Source: Chloroflexota bacterium
Lineage (GTDB): Bacteria > Chloroflexota > Limnocylindria > Limnocylindrales > CSP1-4
DNA length: 55,606 nucleotides
Reading direction: 5' to 3'
Assembly: GCA_003158675.1 (NCBI GenBank)
Contig: PMKN01000040.1
Location: 8,590-64,195, forward strand
Shown here piece by piece: positions 38,765-47,486 of the stretch (positions within the stretch are counted from its first letter, which is position 1; each line of letters starts with the position of its first letter). A program made the position numbers and the translations under genes. Below the pieces are notes generated by a model that made no database searches, was not told where the DNA came from, and worked only from the letters and a program-made list of their open reading frames with translations.

Positions 38765-39495
38765 CGATCGGAGCTCAATCGCTCAAGCGCGCCGATGGGC
38801 GACTGCCGGACGACCTGCGTCCGCTTTCCTTGACTCTCGGCGTCCAGAAATGGGCGGAGGGCTCGTGCTTGATCAAACTGGGCGGCACCGAGGTCCTGTG
38901 CGCTGCGACGATCGAGGACAAAGTACCGCCGCATCTGCGCGGCAAGGGCACCGGCTGGGTCACGGCCGAATACAGCATGCTGCCACGCGCGACCAGCGAG
39001 CGAAGTGTCCGCGATGCAACCAGGGGCCAGATCGGCGGCCGGACATATGAGATCCAGCGCCTCGTCGGCCGGTCGCTGCGCGGGATCGTGGACATGGCCA
39101 AGCTGGGCGAACGAACCGTCACCGTGGACTGCGACGTGATAAATGCCGACGGTGGCACTCGAACGGCTTCGATCACCGGGGGCTGGGTGGCGCTGGCGGC
39201 GGCCCTGACCACGTACGGAATGGAACGCTGCCTGATCGGCCGGGTGGCCGCAGTCAGCGTCGGGATCGTGGGCGGCGTCACGTGCCTGGACTTGGACTAC
39301 TCAGAAGACTCAAAGGCGGAGGTGGACTTCAACGTCGTCGCCACCGACGCAGGCCGGTACGTCGAGTTGCAGGGCACGGCAGAAGGTAAGCCGTTCGGGC
39401 GGGCGGACGTTGATCGTATGCTCGATCTGGCCGCCGGCGGCCTGGAGCGCCTGTTCGCCGCTCAGGCCGAGGCTGTGGCCTCGGTCAGGCGCTAG
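38761..39495 (+). CDS. rph: Ribonuclease PH
   Basis: GWVTAEYSMLPRAT, GRTYEIQRLVGRSLR, DCDV..ADGGTRTASITG, DLDYSEDS, QGTAEG. Confidence 0.97.
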   Translation: MTIGAQSLKRADGRLPDDLRPLSLTLGVQKWAEGSCLIKLGGTEVLCAATIEDKVPPHLRGKGTGWVTAEYSMLPRATSERSVRDATRGQIGGRTYEIQRLVGRSLRGIVDMAKLGERTVTVDCDVINADGGTRTASITGGWVALAAALTTYGMERCLIGRVAAVSVGIVGGVTCLDLDYSEDSKAEVDFNVVATDAGRYVELQGTAEGKPFGRADVDRMLDLAAGGLERLFAAQAEAVASVRR

Positions 39496-39510
39496 CTCGT
39501 AATCGCTCAG

Positions 39511-40170
39511 GTGACCGCCCAGGATCTCGCGGGTCCGACCGACCGTTCGCGCCTGCTCGTCGCGACACGGTCAGGTCACAAGCTTCGCGAGCTGCGCGAA
39601 CTGCTGGGCCCGCTGCGAACTCAGCTGATCTCGCTCGATGACGCCGGCATCGCCGGCGACGCTATCGAGGACGGTTGGACCTTCGAAGCCAACGCTGCCA
39701 AGAAGGCCCGCTTCTTCGCCGTCCTGTCGGGCCTGCCCACTCTGGCCGACGATTCGGGTCTCGAGGTGGAAGCGTTGAACGGAGGCCCCGGCGTGCGAAC
39801 GCGGCGCTACGCCGGAGAGAACGCCACGGACGAGGACAACAACGCCAAGCTGCTGCGCGAACTGGCAGGTCTCCGACCTGAGCGCCGGACGGCTCGCTAC
39901 CGGTGTGCGCTGGCGCTGGCACTCCCCGAGGCAACGGGGCCACGGGGCGGAATCCCGGTTCGCGTCTCGCACGGCACGTTGACCGGGAGGATCGCCCGTG
40001 AGCCGCAAGGTGACGGCGGCTTCGGCTACGACCCGATCTTCGAGCCCGCTTCGGAACCGGTCGGCGGCAGGACCCTGGGCCTCTGGACCGCAGAAGCCAA
40101 GAACCGCATCTCGCACCGGGGCCAGGCGTCACGCCGCATGCGCGCCATCCTGGTCAAGCTCGGGTTCTAG
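39511..40170 (+). CDS. rdgB: RdgB/HAM1 non-canonical purine NTP pyrophosphatase
   Basis: ATR..HKLRE, ADDSGLEV.AL.GGPGV, GFGYDPIF, KNRISHRG. Confidence 0.95.
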   Translation: MTAQDLAGPTDRSRLLVATRSGHKLRELRELLGPLRTQLISLDDAGIAGDAIEDGWTFEANAAKKARFFAVLSGLPTLADDSGLEVEALNGGPGVRTRRYAGENATDEDNNAKLLRELAGLRPERRTARYRCALALALPEATGPRGGIPVRVSHGTLTGRIAREPQGDGGFGYDPIFEPASEPVGGRTLGLWTAEAKNRISHRGQASRRMRAILVKLGF

Positions 40171-40284
40171 CTCCGGCGCGGAGTGCGGGGGGGGCGGTCG
40201 TGGCTGCACCTTGCGTCGATACCCGCCCGTGTGCAAGGTTCTCAGGCCGGTGTCACCGCCGAAGGGCCCGGACGACGGCCGAGG

Positions 40285-41943
40285 CTATACCCGAACGGCG
40301 GTCACGAGCGAAACCATCTGGCAGGCGAAGCTGGAGCCGCACAGGAATCGCTCCTCGAAGCCTGCCGGCGTCGCGATGACGACGCGCCAGAGTTCCGGGT
40401 ACTCGCGATGGCACATCTGGCACACCTTTCCCCGACGGCCAGTTTGCGGAGTGCCAAGCGGCACCTCATCTGGAGACGGCCAGGCCGTGGGCGATCCAGC
40501 TTCGGCGATCCGCTCAGGGATGCGGTCGGCAACCGGCTCGACCGCGGGCTCCGGCTCGACCGCCAGTTCGGGCTCGGCGACCGGCTCGACCGCGGGCTCG
40601 GGCTCGGCGACCGGCTCGGCGACCGGCTCGACCGCCAGTTCGGGCTCGGCGATCCGCTCGACCGTGGGCTCCGGCTCGACCGTGGGCTCCGGCTCGACCG
40701 TGGGCTCCGGCTCGACCGTGGGCTCCGGCTCGACCGCTAGTTCGGGCTCGGCGACCGGCTCGACCGCGGGCTCCGGCTCGGCGACCGCTTTCGGTGGCTC
40801 GACCCATAGGGGCGCCTTTCCGGCCCTGGTTCGGTAGTCGAACTTGCACTTGGGGCAGATTCTCAGGACCACGTCCCTGGCCAGATCGGCGCAATTGGGA
40901 CAGAACGTCACGACCCGCTCGTCCGCCTCCATACCCTGGCAGCGCGAACAAACGTACGCGGGGTCCAGCTTCTTGAGCTTGAACACCTGCCCCAGGACGA
41001 AGGTGGGCGAGATCCCGCCTTTGGTGATCGTGGCGCCGACCCCGGCAACGATGTCCCCGATCTTCTCGTTACGAGAGGCGATCTTCTCGTATTCGGGATT
41101 CGTGATCTTCTCAAGCCGGCAGCTGCGGCAGATGTGGAGCTGCCGGAGAGGCAATGCGGATCGTATTTCGGCCTGCTGATTCAGGAACTCGAAGACTGGA
41201 CGCTGCGCGGCCGAGACCTCGAACTGGGCGGCCTGGCCGCCGGCCGCAGTTAGCCCGGTCTCCACTGCCGCCGCGAATGTCTCCACGTCTCGAGTGAGGT
41301 TGGGCGGCATCGATTCCGGATGGGACGCGATCATGACGGCGATGCCCAGGCGCGCCTGCGTCTCGGCGAGAGTCAAGGCCGCCACCCCAGCACTCGAAGT
41401 GAAGGTGACCGAATCCACGCCCTTCCAAGCCGCGGGCGTCGTCTTGGCGGAGCGAGTCAGGGTCCGGCCAGCCACCCCGACCGCACCCCCCACCGCCTTC
41501 GTCGTGAAAGTGTTGGCCTTCTCCAGAACACCGACGTCCCCGGAGCGGCTCCAGAAGCTAGGCTCGGCGAACGACCCGGCCGCGGCCCCGTCCAAACCGG
41601 CCAGCTCGTGGTCCACCAGGATCCGCACCTCGTCGAAGATCTCGCGGAACTGGCGGTTCATGCCAAAGGTCTTGCCGAAGCTCTTGACGTTGTCCGCCAG
41701 GTGAGCAACGACGGTGCAGCTCGATTGGCCGGCCGTGATCTCGAAGACGGCCAGCACGGGCATCTGTTTCTTCATCATGAGCGAGTAGCCCAGCATCCCG
41801 CCACGCTTGGCCTCCAGCCTCGTGAGCTGGTCGACGGTGATCTGGAAGCCCAGCTCCCGCAACGCGGCACTGATAGCGTGCCGGACCTCGAAGGTCGAGG
41901 CCGAGAGCTGGCGCTCGAAATCGAGCCCGCAGGTCGCCGCCAT
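40285..41943 (-). CDS. Hypothetical multi-zinc-finger protein with a Glu/Pro/Val repeat linker
   Basis: CRSC, CSRC, CPNC, CPKC and C-terminal CQMC...C...C; globular N-terminus; start overlaps the upstream stop (TGATG). Confidence 0.8.
   Translation of the reverse strand: MAATCGLDFERQLSASTFEVRHAISAALRELGFQITVDQLTRLEAKRGGMLGYSLMMKKQMPVLAVFEITAGQSSCTVVAHLADNVKSFGKTFGMNRQFREIFDEVRILVDHELAGLDGAAAGSFAEPSFWSRSGDVGVLEKANTFTTKAVGGAVGVAGRTLTRSAKTTPAAWKGVDSVTFTSSAGVAALTLAETQARLGIAVMIASHPESMPPNLTRDVETFAAAVETGLTAAGGQAAQFEVSAAQRPVFEFLNQQAEIRSALPLRQLHICRSCRLEKITNPEYEKIASRNEKIGDIVAGVGATITKGGISPTFVLGQVFKLKKLDPAYVCSRCQGMEADERVVTFCPNCADLARDVVLRICPKCKFDYRTRAGKAPLWVEPPKAVAEPEPAVEPVAEPELAVEPEPTVEPEPTVEPEPTVEPEPTVERIAEPELAVEPVAEPVAEPEPAVEPVAEPELAVEPEPAVEPVADRIPERIAEAGSPTAWPSPDEVPLGTPQTGRRGKVCQMCHREYPELWRVVIATPAGFEERFLCGSSFACQMVSLVTAVRV
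40533..40788 (-). repeat. In-frame 12/18-bp tandem repeats (EPEPTV x4, EPVA, EPELAV)
   Basis: ctcgaccgtgggctccgg is repeated four times, flanked by variant units. Confidence 0.9.
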
Positions 41944-42446
41944 CAGTCAGAACTGGAGTCCACCGACCCGGCGTCGGACGAGCCGGCGTCGTAGCCTGTC
42001 GCGTCAGCGGCGGACGAGAGGTCGTTCGATGCCGTATCCATGTAGTCCGCCCCTATCCCCAGGTCCGTTTGGGCTCCGCCGGCGACATCCGCGGCTATGT
42101 CAGACGCGGTTCCGGCGGCGTCCAGCTCTTGCTGGGCTGCGTCCGGGTTCCCGAAGGCAGCCCACTGCCGCGCAGACTCGACATCGCCGGCAGCTTCGTC
42201 CTGCCAGCTGGCCGCGTTCGCCAGGTCGCCCTCGCTCCATTGCTGCCAGCTGCCCGCTTCGGTAAGGTCGTACTGAGACGACGCCACGTCGTCGGCCGCG
42301 GCGTCGGGCAGGATGGAGGTGTCGATCGATTCCAGTGCCGGCTGAGTGGCGGCCACGGCGTCGCCCATGTCGTCGGCCGCTTGCGCGAGTTGCCCGGGGT
42401 CGCTGCCCGCGTCGGCCACGTAGTCGCCCCAGTCTCCGTCAGACAT
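41943..42446 (-). CDS. Hypothetical extremely acidic Ala/Asp-rich protein (167 aa)
   Basis: GGAG SD before ATG 42446; one Arg and no Lys, His or Cys; stop overlaps the next start. Confidence 0.72.
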   Translation of the reverse strand: MSDGDWGDYVADAGSDPGQLAQAADDMGDAVAATQPALESIDTSILPDAAADDVASSQYDLTEAGSWQQWSEGDLANAASWQDEAAGDVESARQWAAFGNPDAAQQELDAAGTASDIAADVAGGAQTDLGIGADYMDTASNDLSSAADATGYDAGSSDAGSVDSSSD

Positions 42447-42636
42447 GTCATCGACTCCAGGAGGGCCCGGGAGCTCGGCGCCCCGCGCGAGGCCACCGCG
42501 AAATCGTAGCGGCACGGGGCCATCCCAACCAGTAGCTGAATGGGCTCGATCCACCGCCGTATCATTGGCTGCGCTTCCCTGCGGGGCGACCGAACAGCTC
42601 GCGCGCAACCACGTAGTGCTCGAACAGAGGACTCGC

Positions 42637-44469
42637 GTGACGACCTTCTACCTGACCGTTATCCACCGGCTGGAGATGGTGCCCGAATACCTCCAGAAAG
42701 AGGCAGCGGAAGGCAAAGCCGAAGACCTGGGCCGGAGCGCCGTCATCAGCGAATCGCTGGACATATTCCGAACCCAGCAGCGCGTGGCCCACGACAACGG
42801 CATCCGGACGACGATCCAGATGACCTACGCAAGCCTCTTCAATGAGGATGCGGTGGCGCTCGCGAAGGCGGACCACGAGAAGTACCGCGACGAGATCGGT
42901 TCGACCTTCCTGGGCATCCAGTGCGAGCAGTTCAGAGAAAAGTTCCACTCCAAGGAGCTGGCGATCTGGCTCTTCTCCATGGCGGACAAGCGCGCCATCG
43001 TCGACGAGGTGTTCGGCAAGTTCCAGGAGGTTTTCGGCTTCCTGCCGACCTCCACCGGCTCGTACTACATGGACGCCGAGCTGGTCAACTACATCAAAGA
43101 GCGCTACCCGATGATCAAGACCGCAGTGGCGACGTGCTGGGAAGAGGGACCCAAGGCCTACCACAACGCCAACAACTCGTGGTACACGCTTCTGGACGGC
43201 GGCCCGTGGAACCCGTGGATTCCGTCCAGGCGCAACATCCACTGCCCCGCCTCGGACGAAGCGGACGACATCGGGATCGTCGCCATCCCGCACCTCTCGC
43301 GCGACCTGATGGCGGTCTTCGACGGCCCTGGCTCCTACTATGGAACTCACCCGCAGAACATCCTTAGGGGCATGGTCTACGAGGACCGCGAGATCCCCTA
43401 CTTCATGAACATCGTGGACCAGTACCGGGCCATGGCGCGCCTCAACGGCGGCTATTCCTACAACATGATGTTCGTCGGGCCGGGCTGGATGAGCAAGAGC
43501 GGACGCTGGGAAGCGGACTATCCGTTCCTCCTCAAGAGTTACGAGGCCGGCATGGCCTATTACGGCCAGCTCAAGAAGGCCGGCCAGGCCGTCGACCTGA
43601 CGATGAGCGAGTTCGCGGACGTGTTTCGGCAGGATCGGCCCTACACGCGTCCGGAAGTCTCGCTCTGGAAGGACATCCTCTACGGGTCCCAGCGCCAGCA
43701 GTTCTGGTTCGTCGACCCGTGGATGCGGTTCTGCCTTGACATGAACCAGGGCGGCGCAATGGTGGATCTGCGGCCCTACGCTGCCAAGCTGATCAGGCCC
43801 TGCGGCGTTGGCACGACGCATATCCAGGACGCCTCCTACCCGTATCTCATTCAGTCGCTTTATCGGGCCGGCTTCTTCACGCATTACGCGGGCGAAGGAG
43901 CGGTCAAGAGCGCACGGTTCGGCCACGCGGGCGAGGAAGTGGACCTCTGCGCCTGCCGCACCCAGGCCTCCTTCTCCGAGGAGGGCGACACGCGAGTCGT
44001 GACTCTCGATCCGGTCGAAATCGAATTCGAGAAGTTCACCATCGGCGTCCAGTCGATCTTCCGACTGGCCGAAGGCACCGGCGAAATCGAGATCATTCGA
44101 AAGGTCGTCAGCTCGACCGACCCGACGGCCGAAGTCGGCATCGACGAATACGTCACCGCCTGCTATGGCACGACCGAGTACCCCGAAGACCTGACCGGCG
44201 TTCGGCTGACGCTCGAGGGCGCGTCCCGGACCGAATCGATCGACTATGCCTACAAATGCAGGGAGGCTTCGGTCGGTGGCGTCAGATCGGCCGTGGCGGT
44301 CGTCCCCCAGGTCGACACGAAGCTCTCGATGCGATCGGACGCGGGCGACGCGGCAGGCTACTTCCGCGAGGGCATCGCGTTCTCGCCGATGTTCACGCTG
44401 GGGATCACCAAGACCGTCCGCGGGACTGGGGAGCTGCGCACATGGCTCAAGGTCGAAAAGGCAAGCTGA
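42637..44469 (+). CDS. Hypothetical 610-aa protein, possibly a NodB/GH38/GH57-like barrel plus beta-sandwich
   Basis: Well-formed soluble-enzyme sequence: DEIG, FQEVFGFLPTS.G, CWEEG, GGPWNPWIPS; beta-rich C-terminus. GAGG SD before GTG 42637; TATCAT at 42560. Confidence 0.8.
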   Translation: MTTFYLTVIHRLEMVPEYLQKEAAEGKAEDLGRSAVISESLDIFRTQQRVAHDNGIRTTIQMTYASLFNEDAVALAKADHEKYRDEIGSTFLGIQCEQFREKFHSKELAIWLFSMADKRAIVDEVFGKFQEVFGFLPTSTGSYYMDAELVNYIKERYPMIKTAVATCWEEGPKAYHNANNSWYTLLDGGPWNPWIPSRRNIHCPASDEADDIGIVAIPHLSRDLMAVFDGPGSYYGTHPQNILRGMVYEDREIPYFMNIVDQYRAMARLNGGYSYNMMFVGPGWMSKSGRWEADYPFLLKSYEAGMAYYGQLKKAGQAVDLTMSEFADVFRQDRPYTRPEVSLWKDILYGSQRQQFWFVDPWMRFCLDMNQGGAMVDLRPYAAKLIRPCGVGTTHIQDASYPYLIQSLYRAGFFTHYAGEGAVKSARFGHAGEEVDLCACRTQASFSEEGDTRVVTLDPVEIEFEKFTIGVQSIFRLAEGTGEIEIIRKVVSSTDPTAEVGIDEYVTACYGTTEYPEDLTGVRLTLEGASRTESIDYAYKCREASVGGVRSAVAVVPQVDTKLSMRSDAGDAAGYFREGIAFSPMFTLGITKTVRGTGELRTWLKVEKAS

Positions 44470-44651
44470 ACTACCGCTGTCCGCGCTGTCTGATGCGCGA
44501 GATAGACATGGACATGCTCTTCGACGCGGGCAGGGGCGAGTACTACTGCCTGCGCTGCTCCTTCGTCGGCCCCGAATCCGAGGTCCAGCGCCTGAACGCT
44601 CAGTTCCGCGCCAAGTACGCCGACCGCTCGAAACGGATCACGGAGTTCTGA
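44442..44651 (+). CDS. Small (69 aa) zinc-ribbon protein
   Basis: YRCPRC...YYCLRC; GGGGAG SD; 28-nt overlap with the upstream gene. Confidence 0.8.
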   Translation: MAQGRKGKLNYRCPRCLMREIDMDMLFDAGRGEYYCLRCSFVGPESEVQRLNAQFRAKYADRSKRITEF

Positions 44652-45026
44652 CGGCTACCACCGGCCGACCGGCCCGAAGGCAGCCGCCCTGCCGGTTCAG
44701 CCGGCGCGTGGCTGCGGACCAGGGCAGGAGGCTCATGGCGGCAGTATGCCGCCTCCGGATCAGGACAGGCCGAGGCGGACGTCAGGAGACCGCAAGCCGT
44801 TCCGGATCGATCCGGTCGGCGGTCCGTCGCGCGTCTGTGTCTCGCCACGCAATATCGGGAATCCACCTCCCGCTACGACTTCGACCGCCCGGCAGACCCA
44901 GCCTACCCTTCGGGATAGGAATCAGGCTGGATCGTCGTCTGGTTGGGTGATGCGCCCTCTGCTTCCGGGCAGCTCCCGCGGCTTGCGGCAATCGCGACGA
45001 TCCTCGACTCACGGGAGGAATGAACG

Positions 45027-45686
45027 GTGAGGAAGAACTGGGTTGCCCTTGCCTTCGTGGCAGGACTCGTCGCAGCGTGCACCGGATCGGCCGCAGGGGC
45101 GCCGGCTGCCGCGACGCAGGCCGCCGCTGCCACGCAGGCCGCTGCCACGCAGGCCGCTGCCACGCAAGCCGTGGCCGCCACACAGGCCGCCGCTGCCGCG
45201 ACTCAAGCCGCTGCCACGCAAGCCGTGGCCGGCGCGTCTGCCACTACCGGCAGTCCGGCGGGCGGACCACCTAACACTCCGGTCGCATGCTCTCTGATCA
45301 CTACCGCCGCCGCTCAGACAGCCCTGGGCGAGCCGGTCGCCGCGGGCACGAACCCCGGCATCGGAGAGAACACCTGCATCTTCTCCGGCCAACCTTCCTA
45401 CGGCATCGACTTCGTCCAGCTCACGGTCATCAATCCGGTTGAGTTCACGCCCGCGCAGCAGTCGGTCGCCGGCTCGTTCACCGTAACCCCGGTCTCCGAC
45501 ATCGGCGACGCGGCCTACTACAAGAAGGTCGAGCTACCGAACAGCGGCGGTGAAAGCGATATCGATCTGGCGGTTCGTAAGGGTCAGACGACATTCACCG
45601 TTTCGATCATCCACCCCGGAGCGCCGGACGGCCCGATCATTGCCGCCGAGAAGACTCTCGCCCTGGCGGCTGTGAGTCTGATCTAG
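45027..45686 (+). CDS. Putative lipoprotein with AATQA repeats and a small disulfide-type domain
   Basis: Lipobox LVAA-C; GGAGGA SD; ACSLIT...TCIF domain. Confidence 0.8.
   Translation: MRKNWVALAFVAGLVAACTGSAAGAPAAATQAAAATQAAATQAAATQAVAATQAAAAATQAAATQAVAGASATTGSPAGGPPNTPVACSLITTAAAQTALGEPVAAGTNPGIGENTCIFSGQPSYGIDFVQLTVINPVEFTPAQQSVAGSFTVTPVSDIGDAAYYKKVELPNSGGESDIDLAVRKGQTTFTVSIIHPGAPDGPIIAAEKTLALAAVSLI
45105..45232 (+). repeat. 15/18-bp in-frame repeats encoding (A)AATQA
   Basis: About 7 copies of gccgctgccacgcag-like units. Confidence 0.85.
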
Positions 45687-45783
45687 CCGAGCCGGTCGGC
45701 GCGAGGCGAAGATGCCGCCGCCAGCTGGCAGTGAGCGAGGCTAATTCGTGCCGGCCGCGTCGGACACCGTATCATTGGCGCGT

Positions 45784-45860
45784 CGGGGTGTGGCGCAGTC
45801 TGGCAGCGCGCATGCTTTGGGAGCATGAGGTCGCGGGTTCGAATCCCGCCGCCCCGACCA
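45784..45860 (+). tRNA. tRNA-Pro(TGG)
   Basis: Acceptor stem CGGGGTG/CGCCCCG, D-arm GCGCAGTCTGGCAGCGC, anticodon arm CATGC-TTTGGGA-GCATG, T-loop GGTTCGAATCC, encoded CCA. TATCAT -10 at 45770. Confidence 0.97.
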
Positions 45861-45918
45861 TCCCGTAGTTCATGGAGCGCTGCTCGGCACGCCAATCGGC
45901 GGCACGGCCCCGCCCCAG

Positions 45919-46644
45919 CTAATAGACGGCGCAGCTAACGACGTGGCCGGCTACCGTGAGACGTTCCAGCTCGGCGCGGGACACGTTGGCCTCGGGCCGG
46001 GAGGCCGCGCGCTCCAGCAGGCGCTCGATACCCTGGGCGGCTTCCGGGGGCAGGTCCTGAGTGGCGACGAGCGCACAGTCGTCGACGTGCAGGTAGGCCG
46101 CGGATCCTCCCAGCAACGCGAACTCCGCCGGGGTCAGCTCGATGACGCTCGGACGGGGGCCCTGCTCGTAGGTCTCCCGATACAGGAAGTAGCGCTGATC
46201 CGCGGGCGCGGCCGCGGCGGCGGCGAGGTCGGCTCTGGCTACCTCCTCGACGGCCTGCTCCGCGGGCGTCAGGGCGGCCGTGCTCTCTTGGCATTCGTCG
46301 TCCGCGGCAGCCGGTGAGGTCGAACCGACGGCCAATGCGTCGTAGACGGCCACCTCGTCGCGGGGCGACTGGGCAGATTCCCGGACCGCGATCGCGGTGG
46401 AGCGCGTCAGGAAGGCGACTCGCTCGCTGCCCCACTCCTCGTCGATCGTGACCCGGACGTTGCAGCCAACCAGATCTTCCTGCCTATCGACATCGAGGAT
46501 GGTCAGAAAGCTTTCGACATGCTCCTGCGCTATCTTCAAACTCGGATCGTTCAGCCCTGGGACGGAGTCGAGGCGAATGACCAGGGCCGCCGGGTCCTGC
46601 ACGTCGGGGCCCACCGACTGCACCCTCGAATTCACCAAACGCAC
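45919..46644 (-). CDS. Hypothetical acidic protein (241 aa)
   Basis: Strong SD GAGAGGAG 8 nt before GTG 46644; protein-like composition only downstream of this start. Confidence 0.65.
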   Translation of the reverse strand: MRLVNSRVQSVGPDVQDPAALVIRLDSVPGLNDPSLKIAQEHVESFLTILDVDRQEDLVGCNVRVTIDEEWGSERVAFLTRSTAIAVRESAQSPRDEVAVYDALAVGSTSPAAADDECQESTAALTPAEQAVEEVARADLAAAAAAPADQRYFLYRETYEQGPRPSVIELTPAEFALLGGSAAYLHVDDCALVATQDLPPEAAQGIERLLERAASRPEANVSRAELERLTVAGHVVSCAVY

Positions 46645-46796
46645 CGCCGGCGCTCCTCTCAAGTTGCCCGCAGGCTCCGGACCTGGGTAGGCAGTATCCG
46701 GTGAATCGATGGCATTGCAGGAATCGTCCCGGCGGGTGGGCTTCCAAGAAGAGACTTCGTACCGGCTCGTGCGCCGATCCCGAGAGCGGCACTCCG

Positions 46797-47384
46797 TCAG
46801 GCCCGGCGCTGCCACAGCTTCGCGATCGGTTCGCCGCGTTCGGCTATAGCTCCGATCTGCCGGACGCGTCCAGCCCGCGTCTCCGGCCGCTTCGCCTGGT
46901 GGACCCAGGCCAGGGCGCTCCTGCGGACCGAAGCGGAGCTTGAATCGAACCGCTCTCGAGCGCCGGGCCGCTCGGCGAGAGCAGCGGCCAGATCGTCGGG
47001 CACTATGAGCTCGTCGATGGCATCCATCGAAGCCCACGACCCGTTGGCACGGGCGAGTTCAACTGCCCGGCGGCCGGCCTCGGCCATGAGGCCTGCGGCT
47101 TGGAGCCGGGCCACTCGTTCTTTGTTCATTCGGGCCCATGCGCTCGTGGGTCGGCGCGGCGCGAACCACTGCATAGTCCGGTCGTCGTCGAGGCGGTTGA
47201 TCACGCCGTCGATCCAGCCGAAGCACAGAGCTTCCTCTACGGCCTCGTCATAGGAAACCGTGGGACGGGCCGTGCGCTTCTTCCAGGTGACGAGCCAGAC
47301 GCCCGAGTCCTGACCGTGATGCGCCTCGAGCCAGGCGCGCCAGTCGGCCCTGGAGTCGGGCTGGAAGCGGGATTCCCTCGTCAT
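46797..47384 (-). CDS. YdeI/OmpD-associated family protein
   Basis: WRAWLEAHH...VWLV..KK, AVEEALCFGWIDG, F.PRRP.S.W...NK.RV, AKRPETR..R. Confidence 0.92.
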   Translation of the reverse strand: MTRESRFQPDSRADWRAWLEAHHGQDSGVWLVTWKKRTARPTVSYDEAVEEALCFGWIDGVINRLDDDRTMQWFAPRRPTSAWARMNKERVARLQAAGLMAEAGRRAVELARANGSWASMDAIDELIVPDDLAAALAERPGARERFDSSSASVRRSALAWVHQAKRPETRAGRVRQIGAIAERGEPIAKLWQRRA

Positions 47385-47474
47385 GCGGGCCAGTATCGTC
47401 CGCCGGTCGCGGAGATGCAGGCGTCGGCGTACCCAATCCCGCAGGGATCGCCCGCAGCGTGGAGGCTCGGCCGC

Positions 47475-47480
47475 TATCCT
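47475..47480 (+). promoter_or_regulatory. -10 element TATCCT 6 nt before GTG 47487 (leaderless promoter)
   Basis: TATCCT-cacggt-GTG with no SD sequence. Confidence 0.5.
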
Positions 47481-47486
47481 CACGGT

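Noticed and set aside
40533-40788. Repeat array as a possible CRISPR, or as the + strand RLDRGL-repeat ORF
   Set aside because: Units are contiguous multiples of 3 with no unique spacers and no cas genes; explained as an EP-rich linker on the minus strand.
44735-44950. Small ORF after AGGAGG, and a nearby cUUCGg hairpin (44899-44930)
   Set aside because: SD-to-ATG spacing is only 3 nt and the product is Arg-rich and low-information; the hairpin alone is not diagnostic.
45840-45920. tRNA-Pro 3' end as an integration (att) site
   Set aside because: No integrase, and by eye no second copy of the tRNA 3' end in the window.
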